Origin: Chiloscyllium plagiosum
Taxonomy: Eukaryota
Assembly (NCBI RefSeq): GCF_004010195.1
Contig: NC_057758.1
Span: forward strand, 5,327,850 to 5,389,728
Length of the DNA: 61,879 nucleotides
Reading direction: 5' to 3'
Each line of letters opens with the position of its first letter. Position 1 is the stretch's first letter. The translations under genes and the position numbers were made by a program. Under the pieces are notes generated by a model. The model made no database searches and had not been told where the DNA came from. It was given only the letters and a program-made list of their open reading frames with translations. This document shows, in pieces, positions 47,467 to 60,270 of the stretch.

Positions 47467-47978
47467 ACAATGATAGCCGACATCATCAGAGCCCAACGTC
47501 CTTGTGGGTGAATCGGCATAGAGATTTCTGTGTAAATATGTGCAGCATTGTCCTAACCATTAAAAGCAAAGTCTTTTCACTGAAGGTTTGACATCCCTTG
47601 ATAACATCCACTTTTAGATTGTACGATATGTGCAAAATACTCCCATTTATTCAGTACACTTTTATGACAACAATATGATTGAAACAGTGCCCAAATCACA
47701 GTCAGCGGCTTTGAAATGATGAGTCGCCTTACCATACCCACGATCAAATTATTATTACGTACAAGGACTTTAAAAATATACAATTATTTTCCCTTGCATT
47801 AATACTGTGTGCTAATAACCATACAAAAACATTTTCATGGTATCAATATCACTGCGTCTAAACATTCTATCATGAGATATGTTAACATTTTCAATTGCTT
47901 CTGCCTAACTCACAGCTCAGTAATGTGGTCTGTGAATGTCAGTCTCTATGTAACGCTACGTATGTAGGCCATGCCTCT

Positions 47979-48478
47979 NNNNNNNNNNNNNNNNNNNNNN
48001 NNNNNNNNNNNNNNNNNNNNNNNNNNNNNNNNNNNNNNNNNNNNNNNNNNNNNNNNNNNNNNNNNNNNNNNNNNNNNNNNNNNNNNNNNNNNNNNNNNNN
48101 NNNNNNNNNNNNNNNNNNNNNNNNNNNNNNNNNNNNNNNNNNNNNNNNNNNNNNNNNNNNNNNNNNNNNNNNNNNNNNNNNNNNNNNNNNNNNNNNNNNN
48201 NNNNNNNNNNNNNNNNNNNNNNNNNNNNNNNNNNNNNNNNNNNNNNNNNNNNNNNNNNNNNNNNNNNNNNNNNNNNNNNNNNNNNNNNNNNNNNNNNNNN
48301 NNNNNNNNNNNNNNNNNNNNNNNNNNNNNNNNNNNNNNNNNNNNNNNNNNNNNNNNNNNNNNNNNNNNNNNNNNNNNNNNNNNNNNNNNNNNNNNNNNNN
48401 NNNNNNNNNNNNNNNNNNNNNNNNNNNNNNNNNNNNNNNNNNNNNNNNNNNNNNNNNNNNNNNNNNNNNNNNNNNNNN
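47979..48478. other. Scaffolding gap (exactly 500 N)
   Basis: Round-number N run, typical of an unsized scaffold join. Confidence 1.
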
Positions 48479-48554
48479 ATCAGTCGAGAGGGAGAGAGCA
48501 TATTCTTCCTGTGAATAATAAGTGCGTTTTCTCATTACACCATCCCCAATCTCC

Positions 48555-48828
48555 CTCATTAGCTACCTTCCATGCCCGCGTGGTTTTCCTCTGATCTGAC
48601 ATTATCCCCATGATTTTCCCTTTGTTATAACAACAGCCCACTGCCTTGATATCTCAGAATGAACCGGCCTCCCTGTTACAGGTGCCATCTCTAAATTACC
48701 AATGTGAAACCGCCCTGAACAAGGCAGAGGTGGGAGCCCCCTTTGTGGATAAACCTGTAAGGTTCTGGTGGATGGCATGGTGCAGCAGAGGGACATTACC
48801 TTCCTCCATGACACCAGACCAGCGGTGA
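48555..48828 (+). mobile_element. Harbinger Myb/SANT 5' fragment (paralog of 11,990-12,262)
   Basis: gttctggtggatggcatggtgcagcagagggacattaccttcctcc. Confidence 0.6.
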
Positions 48829-51800
48829 ATATTAAATGTAATTGTTTGAAACATTAGAGAAGCAGTGAGGAAAGTTGTTATTTCAGGTATAGTATGCGAG
48901 GGATTTGAAAGTCATACACGGGAACATAGGAGAGGCAGAAAGTCTCAAATCAATTTTAACGGTGCCTAGATCGGCACCTGATGTGCGATAGTCTCTAGGG
49001 AGTAAGAACAAGGGCGTAAAAAACATTTTTTGTCCAATGCAGACGGTCTGCAAATGATCTCCTGTATGTGGTGCCATTTTACGAAGTCTTCAAGGTGACC
49101 AATATCTGATCAATGTACAGGGATAAGACGAGAGGGAAGGGAGGATCAGTGTGCAAAAGTGATTCGTATCACAATAGTTCTGATTCTATCCTTTTCACAC
49201 AATGCTACTTCACTGTGTTGGCCTTTTAATCCTCGCTGTCTAAATGTTGTAAACCCTTGAATATCCAGTTCTCAGCCTTGGCCACACTGCAGCCTCATCT
49301 TCATATGACAGCTATGTCTGACTTCGTTCATACTATTTTAAACTCTCATTTCATTGGCCTTGTTGAAAAGTTTGGAAGGAATTCAGGGTTGGCAGCACGT
49401 GCTAGTTAGCAGGATGGCTGTAGGGGACAGAGGAGATTGTAGAAATAGTGAAGGATGGGGGACATTACTGGGATACGGATTTTTTTACGTACTGAAGGAG
49501 ATTGGTTTTGTTTCAAGTTAAAACTGAGCTGGCCCAGTCAGATCAATATTTTGGCTACAAAACCATTTTGAAGAGAAACCGTTTACGAACGCTGACAAAA
49601 ATGATACTTGGAGAACCTATCACATGATGTACCCCTCAGTCTCTGTGCACCAGAAATAAATGCAGCAGCGTCAGGGACAGTGAATTCAGACACATCAGGC
49701 CTGAGGATGGAGCCCACACAGTGACAGGGGAAGTGAACTTTCTATCTTCACAGATTATGGTCAATGATGCAGAAGCAATTCACACGAGTTGAAACGTTAC
49801 TTTCAGTTGTAACATTTCGGGAAGTGAGAAGTTATTCTGATGTGAGGTTCTCGTGAGCTGACCGCTGTCATGAATTGATACCGAGAGCTTGTTATTGTGG
49901 GGCAAATCTTCCATTGTAATTGTTTCATTTCAGAATCACATCGAGACACAAAGTATAGGGAAATACACTCAGAACTGTACACACCCCAGCGCATTAGGTA
50001 TTTATAGGTTCTCACAAGGATTTTGGAAAACAGACTCACAATGAGATCAGGAAGGTACCAGGTTCCCTCTGTTGCCTGAACTGGACAACTGCTGTCTTCC
50101 ATCCTGGAACCGAGCTCCAAAATCCCATCAGGAAGATCAAATACAATCTGCCAAGCCTGTGCAGAGTAAACTACTGGTCCCTATTCCAGTCCCGAGGCCC
50201 ACAGTCAGAGTAGGTATATCCCATTCTATGCATTTGCAGGTCAATTTAACATTTTCTTAAACCCCACACCCAATCAGCCACACGTGCCTCTGTGGCTACA
50301 AATTGCCACTCTTTGTAACATCTTTTACATTCGATAGCCCTTCCAACCTCTGTAAATGTTCTAGTTTCTACAAATTGTCCTGAATTTATAACATTCTTCC
50401 AAACGTCATAGCACCCGTTTCAAACCCATATTTTCCTCATGGAAAGGTTCGCAGAAGTACGGGTGGATTGAGTTTTTGGAACAGATTAGAGATAACAAGG
50501 AATGTTCTTGGTGGAGGACGTTGAGAACGAGAGATTGCAGAGAGCGGAAAGAAAGGCTTACATTGATGCTGCAGGAAATTAATAACAGGAGTTTCTACAG
50601 AAAATGATGTGACTTTTCTTCAAGAGATAAGAGGATTTAAGCAGATGGTGGATGTTTTAGAAAGTTGTAGATTTGAAGAAGATAATGGAGTTTAAAGTTA
50701 TGTGAAAGGTTTTAACATCTGGTAGAGATTACAGAGATAGGGAGGTCGAGATGTTCCCACAGATAGGGAGTGATTTTGTTTGTGGAGTTTGCAGAGATAC
50801 TGAGCTGTGTAGCAGCAGGAGGTGGTTACACCATCGGCAACGTTGTAGGGACTTGAGGATGTTAAACAGCTGGTTAGACATTGGAAGAGATTACACAACA
50901 GGGAAAGGTTTAGGGGAGGAGGAAGATATAGACATGGGCAGAGTTATACTTGCTGGGAAATGTTGCAGACATAACGCCCACTATTGACAGGAGGATGTTG
51001 TAGAAATAATGAGATTTGCTAGGGCAGAAGGGAGTTAGTGACATTATTGGTTTTGTGGACGGGAACATTCGCAAAGGTTGGAAGGTTTGCATGGATCAGA
51101 GTTGTTACAGAGAATGGGCGAGCTGTAAGGACTTGAGAACTGTTAAAGAGAGAGGGAGCATTGTAGGGGCTGGAGGAGATTCTAGACAAAGAATGTGGCT
51201 TTACATCTGTATGAGTTACAGAGATAAGGAGGGGTGTATTTGTTGATGGAGAGTGGAGAGATCGGAATGGATTGTATGGAAGAGACGAGGTTACAGAGAT
51301 AGAAGATTATTCGAGTTGAAGGATTCTCACGACATCACACAGGACCACACAGATGTCTTATGACACAGAAGGATGTCATTTAGCCCAACACGTTTACACC
51401 AGCTGTACAAATGAACATATTACTGAGTAATGATCTGGCAGAGCTTACAGACACGCGAACAACATTAGGGCCTGGAGACACTTGCACAGATAGGGCGCAT
51501 CGCACAAACTGGAGGAGATTCCTGGGGTAGGAAAGGTTGAAGGGGAGAATTACGGTTACACAGAGAGGGGTGTGAGAGCTGAAAAGGTTATGGATGTAGA
51601 GCTGAAAAGTAGATGGATGTAGAGACTAGAGGAGCTCACATGGACAGGGTGGTTGACAACACTAGAAGGGAGTTAAATAGACATTGAGCGTTGTAGGAAA
51701 AGGATCGAAAGAGTCGCAGGTGTTGGAGTGGGTTCTGCAGATGGGGAGTATTGCCGGGATGGCAGAAGACAACACATCGGGAGGATTGTAGGGTCTCCAC

Positions 51801-54800
51801 ATTTTGAGAGCGTTTAAGAACTGAAGGAAGTTACACAGATGAGGAGAGATGTTGGAGCTGTTGGAGTTTACAGAGATGGGAGGGTTGGAGCTGTTTACCG
51901 ATCGAGGGATATTTTGAGGAACAATAACACGAAACTCTGAGGGAGGGTTGCAGAGAACACAAAGGGAGAGGGTATGAGGTGCGGGCAGGGCTGTGAGGAG
52001 TGGAGGTGCAAAGAGAAATGTGGAGTGCTGTTGTGGCCTAGAAAAATATACCGAATATAGGAGACTCGCTGGGCTCGGGGGAGGTGAGGGAGAGGGTGGG
52101 CTGCAGATGGGGATTGGAGTATGCCTGACAGATGGGGAATGATATAGCGACTGGAGCAGTTACAAAGAGAATTTTATACGTACCAATGGTGGTTACAAAT
52201 GTAAGGACGGCTGTGGAGACTGGAGGATATAGTAGAGATAGAGTGGGCGAATGAACTACAGAGGATCATACAGACATGGAGGGCTGAAGGAGCAGGTGAA
52301 GGTAACAGAGACAGAGAAGGATTCAACTTTGGAAGAGGGGTCAGTGTGTGGGAAAAGGTCACGGGGCATGTATGGCGGTAGGGATTGGATAGGAATGCAA
52401 AGGTAGGGACGCTGTAGGACATGAATTTACAGATATATGAAAGGTTCCAGCAGCTAGAGGAAGTTACAAATGTACAGAGAGTTATCGGCTGGAGGAGTAA
52501 ATAGATTGGTAGAGTTGTAGGGACTGGAGTAGGTTTGACAGATATGGAGAATTCTGTGGTCTGAGAAAGTTCCAGTCGGAGGAGTTTGTGTAGGTTACAG
52601 AGATGGGAAAGGTAGCAGGGAATCAAGTACATGCAGAGATCGGGAATGTTACACAGAGGGGCATGGGGCAGGCCATTCAACTCCAAGAGCCTGTTTCCAC
52701 ATTGATTATGATCACAGCTGACCTTTTAACTCAGTGCCATGTTGCTGCTTTTGTCCCAAACAGAGTCTGTCATCACTGGGGGAGTTTAAGAGTGAGCGAG
52801 CTATGGAGTGATTGGGGGAGGCTACAGAAGTAGGAGGAGTTGGAGTGATTGGGGAAGTTCCAGAGATATGGAGGGTTGTAGTGACTGGAGGAATTTATGT
52901 AGATCGGAAGGATTGAAGTGACTGGGGGAGGTTACAGAAAAAGAAAGAATTGGAGGGACTGGAGAAGGTCATCGAGATCGGGAAGGTTGTGGATTCTGAT
53001 CGATATTAATGAGGTGGAGAACATCATTCAGCCTGGCATAGATTATGGAGACATGCAAAATGTGGAGGCTGATGGGGATGACTGAAAAAGGAGGTACAGA
53101 GAAGCAGTGTTTGGAGAAGTTTACTGTGACTTGGATAAAACACAAAGTTAAATGAGTCAGAAACTTCCCAAGTACTTATGGTAGTCAGGGAAAAGATAGA
53201 ATCGGAAAGTTGATTATTGCAGCGAGGATTACACATGGAAAATAATACTCAGTCCCTCAGAGATCTGGACATTTCCAGTCTCCATCCCTAGACTGTGCAG
53301 TCCTGCCTCTCTGGAGTGGAGAATTCTGTAGTCTCGTGATCTGGAATGGCTGCAAGAGCCAGGGGCATTGACAGAGGCAACAATTAAACTCACACAGTGA
53401 GGAACACCAAATGGAGATATACTGAATGATATCATCAGAATGTAGGAAGGTGTCAGGTTTAAACAGTGGTCAGACAGAAAATGTTTTGAATCATGGTGCA
53501 CTGGTATCAGTACTCAGGGATGAGTGAGGTATGAGTGGGACAGTGAACGGCCCAGTATCATTCTCACGAGACTGTTTATCGAGCATTTAATGCCGGTGTC
53601 AGGGATACCCATCTGATTGCTTATTATCCTTTAATGAAGGAAATGTGTTTTCGGCAGCGCTCAGGCCTGCATATGACTCCAGAGCCAGAGCAATGGGGTT
53701 GAATTTCAACTGCCGTCTGAAATGGACGAGCAAGCCACTCAGCGCAAGGGCAGCTGTGGGTGGGCATGAAATTCTGGGCAGCCAAAAACGCCTGTATCTT
53801 ACCAGTGAATAAGAAAAAGTCCCATTGCACTGGGCCCCAAGGATAAGTGCTTGCACCTCTGTCCTGGCCAATCATGGCGGTAGGTTGAAGGACAGGGCTT
53901 TAAACTGACAGAGAGGATGCAGTGATAGTGTTCAGGTGAAAGGACCTTCCCAAATCCAAAGAGAAAATGTGAAGCATCGGAACAACACGGTGTTGTGGCT
54001 GAAGATAAACAGGAAGGAATGAACAGGACGTTACAGAGTTTCACTAAAAATATACACTAGCGAATAGGTTTGTGGCAGGAAATTATTGGGAAACCTAAAT
54101 TGCAAAGTTCTTTTATGGAACGGACAAATTATCTACAATATTATACATGGACATGTGACAAAGAGATAAATGCGATTCAACACTGGACAGATGTGGTTAC
54201 GGAGCGAAGAAAAGGTAGAACATAAATATGTAACAGTGAACAACCTTGCAGGGCCTCTGGCAGAATGGGAAAGCGGGATGAGTAAACCTGACAGTAATGG
54301 ACAACAAAGGCATAATAGAAAAAAAAAGCATTTGGCCTCCGATTATGCAGTTGAGTCAGCTGGAATCCAGATTCTGAGTACCATGAGTCCCAAATACAAG
54401 CAGAAGAGGTTTTCTGCAGCTTAGCAGCATTTCATTGCTCAACACTGTATGAAACAGGAATTTAATCGAATTCATAACAAAGACATTATGATAACTTTGG
54501 GAGACTTTAATTTTACATAATTGGAAATGTCATATTCAAAGAGGCTTTCGGAGAATGTTTTTGTCAGTGTTTATTTGAATAACATGTTGTGCAAATGGCT
54601 CTAGACGTAACTATTTCAAATCGACCGTTTGGTAATATAGCTGAGTGAATGAGTAATGTCACATGGAGAGATCCTCTGGGAAATTGTAGTATAGAGGAAT
54701 GAATAGTAATTTAAAACCTCATATAATGAACATAAATTACACACGACAATCAGAAACAAAGCCAATTCAAGGGGTTTTAGAGGAGAACTGAATAAGATAA

Positions 54801-55464
54801 ACAAGTGAGACAGACTGAAAGGTATGATTATAAATGAACAGTTGAAATCATTTTAAGTAACTGTGTAAAATATTGAACAAAAGGACAAAACCTCGGCAAG
54901 ACATTGCTACCTGCACGTCACGCAGGGATGAAGGATCGAATTTGATTAAGGGATGCTGAAAAAGACAGAAAAACTAACAATTCTGAAAAACCAATGCTTT
55001 GGAGATATGGGAATATTTGTTAATTGGATCGCAACGAATCTCCTAACAGGAAGAGTGCAACAGGAAGAGGAAACAGTGTCAGGTTTAAATGAGATGTCAG
55101 GAACAGGGAGACTTGAAGAAGCTAGAGGTGGTGAGATTGATACCAAGAGGAACAAGGGACTAAAATCTTTTCCACAGCCAGTTTGAATTGCTGTAGTTGG
55201 AGGCATTTGCAGAGTTGGTGGGGGGGAGGGTGGGGGACATCGATAGTTTTATTTATTCATTCATGGACTGAGTGAGTCACCGATTGAACCACCATATATA
55301 TCCCACTGCTAATTGCCCGGAGGCGGCTCAGAGTCAGCCATATTGCTGTTGGTCTGCAGTCACATGTAAGCGAGAACAGTTAAGAATGTCAGATATCCTT
55401 CCCTAATAGAAACACATGAAACAGTTGAGTTTTTCGACATGATCAACAATGCTTTTATGGTGGC

Positions 55465-56610
55465 TATACTAATGTCCTGTGCAGCGATGACATGACGTCC
55501 AAATTCCTATTCTCAATGCTCTGATCCATGAAGGAAAGCGGTCCAAATTCTCTCATCAACAACCTATCCACATGTGACGCAAATTTCAAGGAACTGTTTA
55601 CCTGCATCCCTAGCTCTCTCTGTTTGACAACATTACCCAGGGCTCTAAAATTAACTGTACAAGTACTGCCCCGGTTTGCCTCATCAAAATACAGCATCGT
55701 GCATTTCCCCACCTGATATTCCTCAACTTATGGGTACATCAGCACTGGTGACCCCATTCTACGCTTAGATAACCCTTTTCACTGTCCATTTCCCGACCAC
55801 ATACAGTGTCATTCACAAAATCCCTAACTATTCGATTTTATGCCATATGTCTATCCAATGACCATTTAAACAGGCTTAAAGTTGGCGAGTCTACGACTAC
55901 TGCAGGTATGCTGTTCCATGCCTGTACTATTCTGAGTAAAGAAACTACCTCTGACATCTGTGCTGTATCTATCACTCCGCAAATTAAAGCTTGTGCTCGC
56001 CATCACCATCCGCGGAAAAAGCTTCTCACTGTCAAACCTGTCTAATCCTCTGATTACCTTGCATGTCTCTATTCGGTCTTTCCTGCTGAACCTTTTAACA
56101 TCCTTCCTTATTATTTACAATTCCCCTAACTATTCCTAATCACTATATGCCTTTCGAAACGTGGTCTGCCAGATTACTAATCAGGCCTCTGACATATACA
56201 TCTTTATTATTGACGTAAATGTCAAACGGAATTCGCAGAATTGATCGTTCTGAAGTACCACTGGCCACAGAGCTCCAATCAGAAATACATCCCTTCACAT
56301 CCCTCTGTATGCTATTAACAGGAAAATATTGCATCCAATTTGCCAATCCTCGTGGATTGCATGGATTGTGATTTGATTTTCTAGGCCAAACGAATATTAG
56401 CAAATGCTTTAGTAAAGTCCATGTCTGCAACATACATAACCTTACCCTCAATATTTATCTTTGCCACTTCGTTTGGTTTCCGTTGTGTGAGAATCTTGAA
56501 CAAGGAGGCAGGAAATTACAGTTGGGATTACCAGATCAGCCATGATCTCGTTGAATGGCAGAACATACTCGATGGGCCAAATGGTCTAATTCCACTTTTC
56601 CATCTCATTG
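55465..56610 (-). mobile_element. CR1 fragments (partly paralogous to 31,200-31,550, partly specific to copy U3)
   Basis: QRELGMQVNSSLKFASHVDR; WSSVASGTSERSIL...IYVNN...GLISNLAD. Confidence 0.7.
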
Positions 56611-59600
56611 GCTGAACAAAATCACTTTTTAACTCAAACAATGACATAATATTGTGATTTTTCTGCTCACAAAGCAACATTGCAATCAGACAATTTGATA
56701 TTTCTCATTACACAATATTTCATCATGAATAGGCCTCTCCCTTGATTGTTCCTTGACACGTTATTACAGAAAACTATCTCTTCCACAATCCAAGTTTCTA
56801 TCCATGAAATCCCGATATTCAATATTTATCCTGTCCGAATTGAGACTACTGTCATACACAGTAACTGTACTCCCTTTGTTGCAAGCACATTCATTTTCCT
56901 ATCTGTAACCATATTTACATTACTATCACGCTCTGGTGTGCAGAAACAAATTCCTGCTGATGGTTGATGCCCCTTGTGGCATCTCAGTTCGACCCAAAAA
57001 TGACTCGAAACCCTGACAACCTTTGAATGTTCACCTCCCAGCCATTGTATTTCTGACCCAGAACTCCATATAGACATTTCAAACATGCCTGACCACTTCA
57101 GTTAAGGTGCCATTCCAACTGACTTCTTGTAAATGCACAGAGTGTCTTAGTGAGAGTCGGGGATAAAGGAATAAGCAGTGGTTATAGAGTTAGAGAGTTG
57201 TCCACGGTCTCGAGGATGTTGCAAGGTTCAGGATACGAAACGATGGTAGTGGGAGAAAGGGTTTGAGACACTGGAGGAAGTTCCACAGATAGAGCGTCCT
57301 GGATTGCACTCCAGACATTGGGATGATTACAGAGCTGTGGATCGTTAGAGGGACGATATTGATCAAGGTATCGAAATATTCGGAGGCAGCTTGAATGTGG
57401 TATATTATAACAGGAGTTGTGGTGTCTGGAGAATATCACAGTGATAGCGAGCGTGGTATGGACTGGAGAATGTTACAGGGATAGGGAGTGTGGCATTGAC
57501 TGGGGAATGTTACAAGTATAGGGAGGGTGGTAAGGTCTGGAGATCATTATAAGGATAGGGATGGTGGTGTGGACTGGAGACAGCGTGGATTGTACGGACT
57601 AGGAAATATGGTCTGCACTGGAGAAAGTTCAGGAGAGAGAAATGATTTATGTGCTGGAAGATATTTCAAAGAGAGTGAGTATTATGCATGCTGGAAGATG
57701 TGATAAGGATGGGAAGGCTTGTTGAAAGTGGAGGAGGATACAGTCATAAGGGGGTTGTGGCAGACTATTCACTTACGAACGAAGGATGGGCTACAGGGAG
57801 CTGTTCCAGACAAATGGAAGATATAGTGGCCTGAAAGCAGTTACACTTATAGCGAGGTATGCAGTAATTGAAGGACTTTACAGAGATAGGGAGTGTTGTT
57901 GGGATTTAAAAGGATACGCAGCTCAAGAATGCTGTAGGGACTGGAGGAGATTACACTGATAGGGACGGTTTAAAAACTGAACAGTGTTAAAAACGTACGG
58001 AGGGTTGCATTGGTGAGAGCAGGTTTCAGCATTTGGGAGTATATGGATCTGTGGGAGGTTATACAAATAGCGATGGCTCTCGGGTTTGGGGGTGGCAACA
58101 TGGTCATGGGGATTGTACTTCCACAGGCTTTACACAGATAGGGCGAATACGAGTGAAAGGAAAAATTGGGACAGGCATGGAGGATTCTGGGGGTTGCAGG
58201 ACATTACAGAAAAAAGAAGAGTTATACCAATCCTGACGACGTACACAAGCAGTGAAGATTGGGGGGATTGAAGCTGCTCACCATAGTAGGGAGGGGCACA
58301 GCGACTGGAGATGTTATAGAATTGGGAAGGTTTCAAAACTCTGCAGGCAGTTACAGAGATAGCGAAGAGTTGTAAGTTCTGCTGGACGTTCCACAGATCG
58401 GGAGAGTTTTAGAGACTTGATGATGTTGTACATGCAAGTTGGGTTGTTGGGAAGGAAGGTGGGAGCAAAGATGGAGAGAACCGAAAGGGATCACAGAGAC
58501 GTGGAGTGTTGTCGACACTAGTCGAAATTCCAGTGAGTGGGATTGTTTTTGGAACTATTCGATCTGCCAGAGGTCGGAGACTTGAAGGGACAGAGTAGAC
58601 TGGGAGAAATGTAACGAATAGAGAATGCAGAGGTGGTGTGGGTTGTAGGATATGCAATGAATTGGGACGACTGTAAAAGCTGGAGCGGTCCCTGCAGAAA
58701 AGGATGGTTATCGGAATATGAGGAATATTCAGGGGTAAGGATGTTTTGGGCATTCCCAGTAATTAGCGGTGTGGAGTACTGCTCACTCAGGGGAAGGTTT
58801 CAGAATTAGGGAAGGATGGAGCAACAAGAAGTGTTTGCAGAAAATAGACTAATATCAACATGTCACTTCGGTGTTATACTGCTGATGGTCATCAGGTGGA
58901 CCGTTGTTTTCTGTAAAATGTACAGATTCTCAGGAGAATGGACAGGGTGGATGCGAAACGATGCTTCCTTCCCCTTATGGATGAGAGATAAATGAGGAGA
59001 CTTTGTAAGACTAACATAGAGAATGACAGAGTTATTTTGTTTTCACTAAGCGAAACATACTTTAGGTTTGCTTCCACACAGCTCAAAGCAATGCATTGTG
59101 ATAACAAAGAACAAGGTCGGTAGGGACTGCAGTAGAGACGAGACGAAAGCCACGTTGTTCGGGCTGGAGGTAGTTAGAGTGAAGGGAGATGTTCAACAGG
59201 TGGATGGGTTTGTAGTGAGTGTGGAATGTCAGGACTGGAGAACATGATACGCTCACTCTTAAGAGGGAGATAAATATATGGCACAAGGCGAAACACCGCA
59301 GGAAGATCTCAAGCTCCGTACCTGTTATTTACTCAGTGAGCTGCTCTCACTCAGTCTGGTACCAAGCCTCACCTACAAGCAGCATATGGTTTCCCAGCTC
59401 CTGGTGCTCAGGGCCCCCTCTACCAAGCAAAGTGTCTCTGCACTCAGACTCCTTGGTTATACAATCCTTGGCGCGATAATCTGTCGAAAACAACAGAATT
59501 CACGAAATGACACAGTATGGGTCAGCGTCAATAATAACCGTTTCATTCTCTCAAAATGGAACTCATGAATTCCTGCATCTCACGAAATTGACAGTTTAAA

Positions 59601-60074
59601 ATATTAAAAATGAAGAACATTCCAAACAAAGGCTTGGACGAGGTGAGCTCTGGTCAGTCTTGTAGACGTGGAAGTCAGCAGATGCGCGGAGAATGCTTTC
59701 TAGCACAGCAACGCCTGGTGTCAGATACACAGACAGAATGGTTAAATAGATCCACATCTGAAATTTTATTTCCAAGTCTGGGAATCTGAAGCTGTGCTCG
59801 CCCATTCTGGTAAACACGTCCAGAATTAGGTCATTAAGATCGGCCCAATGATCCGATCAAACAAGATCTGTGGGTCAAATTGTAATATCCTTCAGCATCC
59901 ACAAACGATTATCGGTCCTATCCTGCAGGTTCTGTGAAACCTGCTACCTCTGACCGCCTGTAAGATCCACGCCTCTTCCTATATTTGTACTACCCTCCAG
60001 ATTCTGAAGCTGTTCATACCTCTGGATTTGGCCGGGACTTGACAGCTTTTCTTTCCACCGCAATGCTCCCCAAA

Positions 60075-60270
60075 TTTGCGTGGGTTTCATCCATCAATTC
60101 AAAGATGGGCCGGTCAGCTGAATCAGCCATGCTATATTGCCCACAGTGTTAGGTGCGTTAGTCAGGGTAAATATAGGATAGGGGAATGGGTTTTTTGGGT
60201 TTCTCTTCGGATGAGTGGTTTGGACGTGTTGGGACAAAGGGCCGGGTTTCGCACTGTACAGAATCTAATC
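60075..60270 (+). mobile_element. HE1 V-SINE 3' half (paralog of 24,316-24,480)
   Basis: tgcgtgggtttc...ccatgctatattgccc..agtgttagg...cactgtacagaatctaatc. Confidence 0.8.

Larger units (their letters stand above)
22710..47978 (-). repeat. Segmental-duplication copy U2 (central and most complete; may extend further left)
   Basis: Its right part matches U1 and its left part matches U3, both in reverse complement. The 37,400-38,510 segment is present in all three copies. Confidence 0.9.

Noticed and set aside
53258..53295. RDGDWKCPD on the minus strand, resembling a RanBP2 zinc-finger start
   Set aside because: Followed by a stop, no second CxxC, and the paralog reads RNGDCEFPD.
59596..59817. 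Signal-peptide-like MWIYLTILSVYLTPG
   Set aside because: The paralog frameshifts immediately after it and no downstream domain follows; it is antisense to a better-supported exon candidate.
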